A DNA stretch of 64,000 bases from Octopus sinensis (lineage: Eukaryota). Below are positions 14,716 through 26,212 of this stretch, piece by piece; position 1 is the first letter of the stretch; each line of letters starts with the position of its first letter. Under the pieces are notes generated by a model. It saw only the letters and a list, made by a program, of their open reading frames with translations, was not told where the DNA came from and did not search any database. The position numbers and the translations under genes are program-made. Location of the stretch: the NCBI RefSeq assembly GCF_006345805.1, contig NC_043002.1, positions 101,804,001-101,868,000 on the forward strand, in the 5' to 3' direction.

Positions 14716-14941
14716 TTACACACATATATGCGTTGGATTGTATTCATTTAAGTTGTGCACTCCTTATCCATTCACATCACACATGCAAACAAACGCATGC
14801 CTATATGTATAAATGTGTGTGTGTGAGAGTAGACACACACACACATATATATATATACATTTCTCTCTAACGGTTTGTCTGTCTACCTACCTATCTATCT
14901 ACCTATCTGTCTATCTGTCTATATATCTATCTGTCTAACTG

Positions 14942-15023
<82 letters not shown>

Positions 15024-15480
15024 CCCATATCTGTGTGTGCGCGTGTATGTATGCATGCTTCTCACACACGTATAACACCACCACCACCACCACCACTAAC
15101 TCATTATTTCATGACATTACGATGACTAAAACAATAATACAATAAAATAGAGTAATTGTTGTTGTTGTTTCTATCCACAGAGAGAGAGGGAGAGAGCGAT
15201 GTAGGGAAATTGCGTGTGAGATGGAAGAGAGAAATATATAGAGTGAGGTCGAGGGGGAGGGAGAGAGAGAGAGATAGGGAGCAACGGAGAGTGACAGGGC
15301 GAAGAGAGAAAGAGCAGCGATTTTGCAAGCGCTGGGGAATTTTTATCGCAAAAACATTAATGGAAAGCAGCAAAGTGTGCAGCAGGAATCAGCATTTGAT
15401 CACAAATTGATGTTTGTAACTTTAGGTTTCAGTGCAAATATAGAATAAAACAATAACACCGCCTTCACTGCCACCAGCAA

Positions 15481-15861
15481 CAGCACCACCGAAAACCATC
15501 AACTCTGCCACCATCATTTCATCCAATACTATTAAAACTACCAACAACAACATAAAGCCAGCATTGACATCACGACGACCACCACCACCACCACCTCCAC
15601 CACCATAACTACTACTACTACTACTACTACAGCTATAATCATAAGCCATGCAACCACCATCACAACCAATACAAGCGCGACAGCAGCACCACCGAAACCA
15701 TCAACTCTGCCACCATCATTTCATCCAATACTATTAAAACTACCAACAACAACATAAAGCCAGCATTGACATCACGACGACGACGACCACCACCACCACT
15801 ACTACTACTACTACTACAATCATAAGCCATGCTACCACCATCACAACCAATACAAGCGCGA
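15481..15861. repeat. ~200-bp direct tandem duplication
   Basis: CAGCACCACCGAAA(A)CCATCAACTCTGCC...CAACCAATACAAGCGCGA occurs at 15481-15681 and 15685-15861, differing mainly in the internal triplet repeats. Confidence 0.9.
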
Positions 15862-16116
15862 AAGCCACTGCTGTAAACACCACCCTACTCAACACCAACA
15901 CCAACAACATTAACAGAACCAATGCTGCTACCATCACTACTACGAGAACAAATCCACCAGAACAAACACACAAACACTAACACTACTACGACAACCACCA
16001 TCACCACCACCACCACAACCACTATTATTCAGAGACAAGTCACTTGTCTGTATATGTACACTTGTGTGTGTGTGTGGGGGGGTAACTGGATATATTCTAT
16101 GAATGTATTATGTGAC

Positions 16117-16436
16117 GGACCTTGGCTTAGTGGTTACATATTCGTCTTACAATCGTAAGGTCGTGAGTTCAATTCTTGGTGAGGCGTTCTATCCTTGAGC
16201 AAGACACTTTATTTCCACGTTGCTCCAGTCCACTCAGCTGGCAAAAATGAGTGGTGCCTGTTTTTCAAAGGGCCAGCCGTGTCACACTCTGTGTCACGCT
16301 GAATCTCCCTGAGAACTCCGTTAAGGGTACCCGTGTCTTTGGAGTGCTCAACCACTTGTACGTTAATATCACGAGCAGGCTGTTCCGTTGATCGGATCAA
16401 CTGGAACCCACGTCGTCGTAACCGACGGAGAGCCAG
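16117..16436 (+). mobile_element. tRNA-derived SINE family B
   Basis: A box TGGCTTAGTGG and B box GAGTTCAATTC; body co-linear with 23830-24146. Confidence 0.85.
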
Positions 16437-18694
16437 TAATTGTGTTTGGATGGAGTTGGTTACGCATTTCTATGCTTACAGATACCTAAACAAGTGAATT
16501 GTGTAATCGTGAATTGGTTCACACATATATATAACGACTTTTGAATATCTCGCCTGTTATCATTTAAATTATCATTTTCTTTTCTCTTTTCCACCAATCG
16601 TTTACTACCCTTCCAGTATGCTCACGAAGATTCAGACCCTACTGTTTCACTTTGCAATAAGTTATAAAGATTTCAATTCTCTAAATTAGCATTATTCCTT
16701 GCATTTCACCAAACTCAAACACATCCACATACACACATTCCCACGTGCACATTCCTCTACAATCTTTCGCTTTGAAAACTACAACTTCAGTCTCATATTC
16801 TCAAAATCCATATCGCGAAAGAGGAAAATCAGTAATCTTACTGCTCTTGGCTGTATTAAGCTTGCAGTCATAACTGGGAACGTGTGTCTACTTATAGTCG
16901 TGACCTAGGGTCATTTGTCCCAAACCCGCCTCTGCTTATCAAGAGACAAACACAGACACATACATATGGATACAATGAAGCTTTCACGCATGCACATACA
17001 TACATTTATTATTTCGTTCTTTTGCGTTATAATTTGTACATTAAGGTTCTTTGAATATGTACGATTAGTTTAATGTTAAATAGTAATTCCGTTTACGTTT
17101 GTGTAACAGATATTTTGGTTGGATTATATAGTCATTGCTTTCTATATTCTGTAACTGTAACAATTCACTTTTCTGGGTTTGAAGTTTTTGTGGGGAGGGG
17201 TCCAGTTGATTAGATCGACCCCAGTACACAACTGATACTTAATTTATTGACCCGAAAGGACGAAAGACTTAGTCGTTCTCTGCAGAATTTGAACTCAGAA
17301 CGTAAAGACAGACGGTGATACTATTTAAAAACATTTCTCAAGGCACCACTACACTATTTACAGATGCTTATATTTTTTGTATTTTCCGTGAATTTTGCAT
17401 GGGTCCAGCTAGTTTTTTTTAATTAATATATGAAGAAAGATGTTAACTCTAGACCATTGATGAATGAATTTTACAAATTCAGCTCTCAAAATATACATTC
17501 TGACTCAATCATGTGTCAAGACTCATCATGAGAGAAAAAGTAAGAGTGAAGTTAGATTAGTATCAAAGGAATATCTAAAGCGAGAAGTCCTTAAAATTTA
17601 ATGGATGAATAACTGCATATATAGTATGGCAAAGAGAAAAAAGATACTTTTGTTTTCAACATTGACCTCATGCAGATATTCGGTGAAGATAAATTCCAGA
17701 ACTCCGGTTGGGTAATAAAAGCTTACATATAAACTGTTCGTAGCTCAATACTGTAAAATTTCGTAGTTCAGTTTCTTCATATTCTGCAAAACTATTTGAG
17801 AGACTTGTTGGGGCTGAAGTTGTCTCAGAGAGATTTCATTCTTTACGAAAGACCAGCATTAGACATATAGGTTACTCGTCGTCCTGAATTCTGTCAGTTT
17901 TCTGCCAATTCTGTCATTTTGCGAAAGTTTCAGTTTACACATACATACACAGACACACAGACACATGCATACACAAACACTCACACGCGCACGCATGCAC
18001 GCTCTTATATATCTCTCCCTTTAACTGCCAATTTAACATCTACACACATACATCTATCTGGGACAAAAGTAATTTCGATTCAAATTTAAAACGATTCATC
18101 TCATCCCCGGGGGAAATGTATTCTTCGACTTGCATGCGATTTTCCCAACATGTAACATATTTATTGATTCTGCTCAACGAAACTTCTCGTTCTCGGCCAG
18201 TGAATTCTTCGAAAGGGTTTCTGCTCTTTTTCGATTGTTTTGCACCCGTATTTTGTAGGAAGTTTCGAGGATACTGCAAAAAGTGGTACTTGCGCTGAGG
18301 TTACCGAACTATAAGCCATCTGGATTAGAAGTTCGTGGCTCCATTCAGTTTGAATGAATTTGATTCCCTCTTAATGTCACACAATGCCGAGTAGCTTTAA
18401 TTAGAAGAAATAGTTCTTTACAACTGACCAATGCTGGATGTTGTGTTGCAGTTACTTTTGCAGTTTCCCGATTTCCAGGTAACGCGTCTCTTCTGAGATC
18501 GTTTCAGGGTTAAATAAATACTAATGCCTAGTTTCACTTTTACACCATAGCTGCCTTTTCATGCTGCATCGGTTTGCCAAATCATTTTGCTCTTTAATTT
18601 TGGTCCAGCCACTTCGCGGTATGTTGTCGCTTCTCTTATACTAAGAAATGAATCAAATTTGTGAAAAACGGAAACGCGATGTAAGATGTATGAA

Positions 18695-19150
18695 GGTGCA
18701 GGTACGGTTGTGTGTTTGAGAAGCTCACTTGGCGATCATGTGTTTATGGATAAAATTCCACTACGCAGAACCTGAGCAAATGTCTTCTACTAATGCCTCA
18801 AGGCGACCAATTCTTTGATAGTGAATTTGGTAGACGGAAACTGAGAACTGCATGGACGCCTGTTATGTATGTGTGTGTGTGTGTGTGCGTGCGTGTGAGT
18901 GAGAAGGAGAAACAGACAGAGGGAAACAGAGACAGAGGGAGATAGAAAAAGAGAGAGAGTCTGTGTCTTTTGATCTGTGTTTGCCCCCACACACTGATTA
19001 CCGATTTTAGATTGTTTACTTTACCGCATCTTAGAGGTTAAAAATAATAGATAGACTATAAAATAAGTAACTAATTTTAAAAAGTTCAAGTAAAGTACTT
19101 CAATGAGTTGCCCCAGCATGGCCGCAATCCCATGACTGAAATAAGTAAAA
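18695..19150 (+). mobile_element. Diverged tRNA-SINE family A copy
   Basis: Contains GTGAATTTGGTAGACGGAAACTGA and CCAGCATGGCCGCA..ATGACTGAAATAAGTAAAAG, with an internal microsatellite. Confidence 0.7.
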
Positions 19151-19407
19151 GCTAAGCGAATGGTTAAGACATTCAGTTCAACTGATTCGGTTGAAGTCAT
19201 TTGTGTCGCTCTTTTGACCTGCTGAAATATGTATGGCAATAGACGAGGAGTTGAAACAATAGTCCAGTTACGGCCTCACACTTTGTCTCTGGTGGATCTG
19301 CTTAATAAATGGGAAAATGCTTAAACATTGACAAACGCAAAAGGACCTCCAGTAATTACTTTTTATTCAAAGCTCCCGCACTTAATAAGAAATGTTTCGA
19401 AATACTA

Positions 19408-19825
19408 GGCGCAGGAGTGGCTGTGTCGTAAGTAGCTTGCTAACCAACCACATGGTTCCGGGTTCAGTCCCACTGCGTGGCATCTTGGGCGAGTGTCTTC
19501 TGCTATAGCCCCGGGCCGACCAATGCCTTGTGAGTGGATTTGGTAGACGGAAACTGAAAGAAGCCTGTCTTATATATGTATGTGTGTGTGTGGTGTGTGT
19601 GTGTGTGTGTGTGTTTGTGTGTCTGTGTTTGTCTCCCTAGCATTGCTTGACATCCGATGCTGGTGTGTTTACGTCCCCGTCACTTAGCGGTTCGGCAAAA
19701 GAGACCGATAGAATAAGTACTGGGCTTACAAGGAGTGGAACCCGGGGGTCGATTTGCTCGACTGAAGGCGGTGCTCCAGCATGGCCGCAGTCAAATGACT
19801 GAAACAAGTAAAAGAGATAAAGAGA
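19408..19825 (+). mobile_element. Full-length tRNA-derived SINE family A (octopus-type)
   Basis: GGCGCAGGAGTGGCTGTG head, B-box-like GGTTCAGTCCC, central (TG)n and AAAGAG-repeat tail. Closely similar copies lie at 38972, 51395 and 63181. Confidence 0.9.
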
Positions 19826-20715
19826 CTATTAAACAGAGTGTTCGAACGTGTTCGCTTCTTAAGTCCAAGTGAGCATTAATCCGTTAAAATGTGTGTCATT
19901 TTGAACTTAGGGAATAGAGTCGTTCAAAATAACTTTGTTTATTCCATTTTTTTAAGGAGAGAATGCAAGCAAACATAAACAATGCAAGCAATATTATTTG
20001 CATAAATCAAATGCTATATTACATGAAAATAGATAAATAAAAGTTTATTCCCATATAAACAAAAGTTACTTCTGCAACATTCTGATACAGAAAATGAAAT
20101 AAATAAAGACACGCGTACGCGTTAGAGTGTGCCTTAATTGCTGAGGGCAAGGGAAAAGGATCACCTGAATACCTTCATTGGCTTGCAGTTGTTTCTGCTA
20201 CGGTAGTAGTGCTGTTAGAGTTGAGGCTTGTGAAATATCCTATTGCTTCCTCGAAGCCATTAAAATGAAGTGTGTGTTATATCGGAAAGAACCTGCGTAT
20301 ATTAATTACGCATGGGTCGAGTTTGTGTTTGCACATGCGCAGCTACGTACGTGTGTATATATTATATAATGCTTATATTCGTGCACATCAGTTATATGGC
20401 GCTGGTGGGACCTTGCCATTTTTATTAACGTCTCCGTAGGAAAGGCTATGCAAGGAAAGGAGTCTGCTGAACTGGATGTTGATGCAGGTAGAAGTATTAA
20501 TCGGTTGGTGCATTTATCACTGACGGAGGGAAGGTTCTTATGAATTAACTCTGAAATCGGGTCCCATATGGTAATAACGGAATTTTTTAGAAATTTCTGT
20601 CGACTTTCTTCGAGACACGTGTTTATAGTGATGAATTATATGGTTATGGACGATGTGTCTAGTTTCGGCATATTTGGCATTAGAATTTTTTTTTCTTTGG
20701 CCCTTGTTTATAAGT

Positions 20716-20781
<66 letters not shown>

Positions 20782-21198
20782 GTATATATCTATATACACG
20801 GCAGACTTCTTTCGGTTTCCGTCAATCAAATCTATTCACAAAGCCTTGGTCGGCCCGGAGCTATAGTGCAAAACACTTGTCAAAGGTGCGAACCACTGGG
20901 ACCGACCCCGGAACCATGGGGATGAGAATCAAGCTTCGTACCACACAGCCACACCTAAAACACATAGAAGCTTAACCGCTTCAGTATACACACAAACACA
21001 CATATGCACACATACACAAAGTCACACATATGTGTATATCCTTATAATAGTGATATACACGCATATTCTCGTCGAACAACATGTATATGTATGTTTGTAT
21101 TCACATGTGTAAATTGTATATAGCCTTATTATAGACACACACACACACATATTCAAATGCACATGTATATGTTAATATATATATATATATATATATAT

Positions 21199-21482
21199 CA
21201 GCGACAGTGGACGCTGGAAAAAGTATAAGTATTTGTGAAGGAAATCTAATTCTCGGCGACAACTATGATTGTCACACGCTGACGAGAGGTCAATACCTCG
21301 AAACTCGAGTCCGTGTGTATCATAAGTTGAAGACGGGAAGGATGACTTCCCTTTGCAAATACTGACAGGACACAGAAAGTGTGTCTATGGCCAGCTGGAG
21401 GAGTGTGTCCTCCTGGGGCTAAAAACTACAGTAGCATCCACCCTTAGGGGTTAGCCATATTGAAATGGCAAAAATACGTCAC
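21199..21482 (+). mobile_element. 284-bp ORF-less hammerhead-bearing element inserted in (TA)n (retrozyme/PLE pLTR-like)
   Basis: GC-richer island bounded by (TA)n on both sides. It holds a canonical HHR and long-range complementary arms (21228-21246 with 21344-21363; 21260-21269 with 21319-21329). Confidence 0.75.
21273..21317 (+). ncRNA. Canonical type I hammerhead ribozyme
   Basis: Stem I CACACG/CGTGTG; core CTGACGA (21279-85); stem II GAGGT-caat-ACCTC; GAAAC (21300-04); palindromic stem III AC-TCGA-GT; cleavage triplet GTC (21309-11). All conserved core positions are intact. Confidence 0.92.
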
Positions 21483-21866
21483 TATATATATATGAATATA
21501 TCCTGATAATGCACACACACACACGTGTCTGTCTGAATGTGTGTATGTAAACATGTATATATATTTATAAACATATTTCACTAAGAAATTATTTTCTCTT
21601 GAATAAGGACGCTACGTGAGTTTGATATGAAAGAAAGATGAGAACAGAATTTTTCATGGGCTGAGTATTTATGTTAAACGTTCTCTGTTTGGGATAATAA
21701 GTCATACGGATCGTTATTTATGAAAGCTGTCATACATTTATATTCTGACCAAACACAAACATATATACACATAAAACACACATATTCACAAACATTGAGA
21801 GACATATAGATGAACGTATGCACATAAAGCACTTGTACGTGCGCACATACGCACATGCACTTAAAC

Positions 21867-21960
<94 letters not shown>

Positions 21961-21965
<5 letters not shown>

Positions 21966-22560
21966 ACGCTGGGAAAGACAAGCCAATTTCTTTATAAACT
22001 ATGGGACACAGTTCAATATAGAAAACGCATCGGATAACCCTTACCTGATGAAAAATAAACCAAAAGCCAACACAGAAATGACCCCACATTCATCTAACAC
22101 AAACCACAGACAAACTAGAGTACACAACTGCACCGACCCAACCTCTCTTATACTCCAAAATAACTTTCAAACAACAATCAGGAATTCAGCCCACAAGGAA
22201 AGATCTGGACGTAATCCTCAAGGCATCCTACATACAAATCAAAGGTTCCATCGAAACCTCCAACTAACTTAAACTTTTGGGAACCAATACCTACCAATCT
22301 ACCGCCATTATCTGACAGTCAATGGAAACATTTACCTCCGAGACTTAACCCTCAACATGTTTACTTCTAGCATCTAACCAGACACACCGTAAGTAGACAA
22401 CATAACTTCTCCCTCCACCCACATTACGATATTAAAAATAAATTTAACCCAAATCACGTCAACCATAGACAACATAAAAACCCTCAGTACAATCATAATC
22501 TAGTCCGCTACACAATCACTCCACCACAAACATACTACCACAGGCACACTTTACACCCAT
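21961..22560 (+). mobile_element. Possible LINE fragment (A/C-rich strand-biased island)
   Basis: Strong A+C bias with partial open frames, bounded by (TA)n and (TTC)n. No diagnostic motif recognised. Confidence 0.3.
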
Positions 22561-22567
22561 TTGTTGA

Positions 22568-22703
22568 TTCTTCTTCTTCTTCTTCTTCTTCTTCTTCTTC
22601 TTCTTCTTCTTCTTCTTCTTCTTCTTCTTCTTCTTCTTCTTCTTCTTCTTCTTCTTCTTCTTCTTCTTCTTCTTCTTCTTCTTCTTCTTCTTCTTCTTCT
22701 TCT
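22568..22703. repeat. Perfect (TTC)n microsatellite, ~45 units
   Basis: Directly visible; source of the poly-E/R/L pseudo-ORFs. Confidence 0.97.
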
Positions 22704-23433
22704 TTCTCTCTCCATATATATATACATATACGCATCACAAGCATAGAAACAGAATATATACATATACACACACACATGTGGGGTGTGTGTGGAGTATGTA
22801 ATTTATACATCTCTATTAATATATATATATATATAATAGAGATGTGTATATATATATGCATACATGTGGTTATATAACTGTCCGATGCACCCTGAGTATA
22901 CGGAAATAGGATTTGTGCATTATTGAAGCTGTATTATACATTAAGTTCCATATACCGCCATATGGTATTCGAGGTTTTATAATTAATTAAACTCTCGTAC
23001 AAGGAAAGATTAATTATATCATTCGTCATGGCCGGCAGGAAATACAAGACGTGGATTCGTTCGCCGTGAATGTTCGATATAAAATATCCGGTTAACAAGA
23101 CGCATTCTCTCTGGTTTCTATATGAACCAGAACAAAAGTTGCAATCTGTACCGAAACTAAAATGCCAGTCCAGGGGTAGTCTTCCACAGTTATGTCCCTT
23201 ATGTTACCCTGTGAACTGCCATTTGCACGTTGTGGGCCAGGTTAATTTGCAGAGGGTCTTCTATGTACTTGAATGTAGTTGTGTGAATGGGGTAAGGGTG
23301 AAGATCTTCGGAAAAGCAGAGGAAAGGAGTTCGGGATGTGAGGTGGACGGGTAAGAATCCAGTTTGCGGAGGGATTTGATAAGTATGCTCGTAGGTACGC
23401 GTTATATTTGGTGGCAAATATTTTTATCATAAC

Positions 23434-23821
23434 CCAGCAGTATCGCCCGGCGTTGCTCGGGTTTGTAAGGGAAATACCTATATAAGCATTTTTAGAGATG
23501 TAAAGTATAATAGCCATCTCAATATGGCTAACCACAAGGGGTGTGTTACTGCAGCTTTTTACGTTCTGAGATTTAATAAATAATAAGAGTTACTTCCCTT
23601 ATATATGCCAAAAATGCATTAAAAATGGGAAAAATTGATGGTAATTTTTTTTTAAATCGTAGACTCATCGTAGATGCGCGCTAATACCCAGAAGGGCTCG
23701 ATATGAATCACGACTATAAGATACCCGGTTTTGGTTAAACTGCACCGCAAAATGTGGGAGTAGTTAGGAATCTAAATCGTAGGAGACAGACAACACACAA
23801 CCTCACTTTTATATATAAAGA
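23434..23821 (-). mobile_element. Non-autonomous Helitron-type element
   Basis: The minus strand starts A|TCTTTATATATAAAAG. Its 3' end CCCTTACAAACCCGAGCAACGCCGGGCGATACTGCTGG matches the 1233-1617 element except for the terminal CTGG. Confidence 0.8.
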
Positions 23822-23829
23822 TAGGTGAG

Positions 23830-24146
23830 GGCGCGTGGCTTAGTGGTTAGGGCATTCGGCTCATGATCGTAAGGTTGTGAGTTCGATTCCCGGCGACGCG
23901 TTGTGTCCTTGAGCAAGACACTTTATTTCACGTTGCTCCAGTCCACTCAGCTGGCAAAAATGAGTTGTACTTGTATTTCAAAGGGTCAGCCTTGTCACTC
24001 TCTGTGTCACGCTGATTATCCCCGAGAACTACGTTAAGGGTACACGTGTCTGTGGAATGCTCAGCCATTTGCACGTTAATTTCACGAGCAAGCTGTTCCG
24101 TTGATCGTATCAGCTGGGACCCTCGTCGTCGTAACCGGCGGAGTCA
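23830..24146 (+). mobile_element. tRNA-derived SINE family B
   Basis: GGCGCGTGGCTTAGTGGTTAGG A box, GAGTTCGATTCCC B box and A-rich tail; paralog at 16117. Confidence 0.9.
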
Positions 24147-24884
24147 GAAAAAAAAAAGATATAAAGATAGAGAACGCGAGGGAGAAAAGAAGAAAAAGAG
24201 TGAGAGAGAGAGGCATGTAACGTGACAAATGTAGGGAGAGATGTTTAAGGAATGGAGAAGTGTTAAATAAAGAGGAGGACGGAGGGGCAAAAAAATTAGC
24301 GCGCTCCTCACACCATTCCGCAACCCTTCTAAGTGCTGTCATTTATACATCCCTTCCTCAACTATGCATCCCTTTAGATTACTTTCCGTCTCTCCCTTTC
24401 CCATTCTCGCCTCCTGTGTCCCTTTTGCTCCTTCATTATCTTGCTTTTACTTGGAAACGGGAGACTAATTCTAGAAGGAAGAAGATCAAAACTCGGTTAC
24501 TGAGAATTACTGGTACTCTCCAAAGCGAAATATCGAGATGGTTCTAAGAGAAAAACCGCCTCCGAAGAAAAGGAAAACTATAAAGAATCACTTTATAAAA
24601 CCATTTGAAGAGGTCCTCAGATTCATGTCCGTTGATTGCATGTAGAATGGATTAGTTCACGGATGTTTAACATGGCCTGGTTTACGCTGGCAACGGAGTC
24701 AACTGTGATACGAGGTTCTCGACATACAAGAAAGCTCCTATATTCCTCTACATGCTATTTACATCCCCATATTTTATCCCTTCTCTAACCGTCTCCCTTC
24801 GACCCTCACCCTACCCAAATCACATGCAAACAGGAAGAAGATATACTCTTATATATATATATATATTATATATATATATATATA

Positions 24885-25067
24885 TACCACCATATGGCAT
24901 TCGAGGTTCTTTTTTTTCTCTCTCCTTGTTTTTTCTGTGTCCCTTTCTGTAGAAGAGCGTAGGCTCGAAACGTAAAATACTTTTTCTTTTCCTGAGCGTT
25001 ATACTAATACATATGTTTGTTTTGTACACCAGCTGTTTTCGTCTTTTGTTTTTTTTTCGTAAACTCT

Positions 25068-25070
<3 letters not shown>
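24885..25070 (+). mobile_element. (TA)n-flanked short repeat with variant minimal hammerhead (24944-24977)
   Basis: Reads TTT-CTGTAGA-A-GAGC-gtag-GCTC-GAAAC-GTA-AAA. A second copy lies on the minus strand at ~59952-60140. Confidence 0.6.
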
Positions 25071-25124
<54 letters not shown>

Positions 25125-26047
25125 AAAGAGAGGATATATATATAGGAATCCAAGTTATAGAATGTTCCAATGGGTAGCTGATCTGTGACAAATTTATTCA
25201 CCGACAGCTGAAATAAACTTTGTAGATTATTATGTTCTATCCCATAGAAACAACCGAATGTCTGCCGAAGTTGTGAACTCATGAGTTATATGCTGATATC
25301 AGTCTAATTTTAAAACTTGGCCTCTCAGATATATAATATATTTTGAATATTTTACTCTGTTGGTAAATAAACTATCGAGATTTTATCAAAATAGCTTGCA
25401 ATTCTTTCCAAAGGCATTAGATATCTGTAGAACGTCACACAGCATACATTGTTTTATTATTGTCAAGAATTTAGGAGAGAAAAGGAAATTATGAACCATT
25501 GTGTTCACTAATAGATTTGTTGCGTTTAAGAGCATTCCGTGATGTGATATTGGAACGAGAAATAATCTACTGCCGTTCTCAGTTGTGAATTATATTCAGA
25601 TCTTTATCAACCTCAGCGGGGTTACTCTTAGGCATATTAAACCGGAGATGTCAATTACGTCAGTTGGATTTCAAACGAAATTTAAGTTCGTAGTTTTGTT
25701 CGACTGTTTACAAACCAATTCTTGGTAAACAGATCCAGCAATAGAATATTATTTGCAAAATTTGTTTGTATGGAAATTGATGTTGCTGTTTCGATAATGT
25801 ACTGGAACACCAACCAGAGGTTCATGAAGTTGTATCGTGTCCCGGCAGTGGTGATATTTTGTCATTAAGAACAAGGGAAATACTAATCAATTTTTACCTA
25901 CCCAACCAAACAGTAAGCAATAGGAGTGCAACACAGTTGTTGAGTTGTTTGTCGGATTTCACTGTTTTGGTTAGGTGTAATATAAATGAAGCTTAGGGAG
26001 GAATAAACCTTCTTTTGTAGAGAGTCAACAAAAATCATCCTTATATA

Positions 26048-26212
26048 TATTTCTTTACTATCCACAAGGGGCTAAACACAGAGGGGACAAACAAGGACAG
26101 ACAAAGGGATTAAGTCGACTACATCGACCCCAGTGCGTAACTGGTACTTAATTTATCGACCCCGAAAGGATGAAAGGCAAAGTCGACCTCGGCAGAATTT
26201 GAACTCGGAACG
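26048..26212 (-). mobile_element. 5'-truncated SINE family C with 15-bp TSD
   Basis: Flanked by the perfect direct repeat AATCATCCTTATATA (26033-47 and 26213-27). The body CCCGAAAGGATGAAAGGCAAAGTCGACCTCGGC is shared with many copies. Confidence 0.9.

Noticed and set aside
22885-22920. ATGCAC-CCTGA..GAAAT..GTGCAT, a possibly deleted hammerhead
   Set aside because: A stem I-like pair is present but the core and stem II are incomplete.
23830-23900. Genuine tRNA genes here and at 16117 and 19408
   Set aside because: A/B boxes are present, but each continues into a conserved SINE body with no clean acceptor stem or Pol III terminator.
25200-26030. Very old LINE RT relics here and at ~9980-10380 and ~58000-58700
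   Set aside because: Only vague motif echoes by eye; a profile search would be needed.
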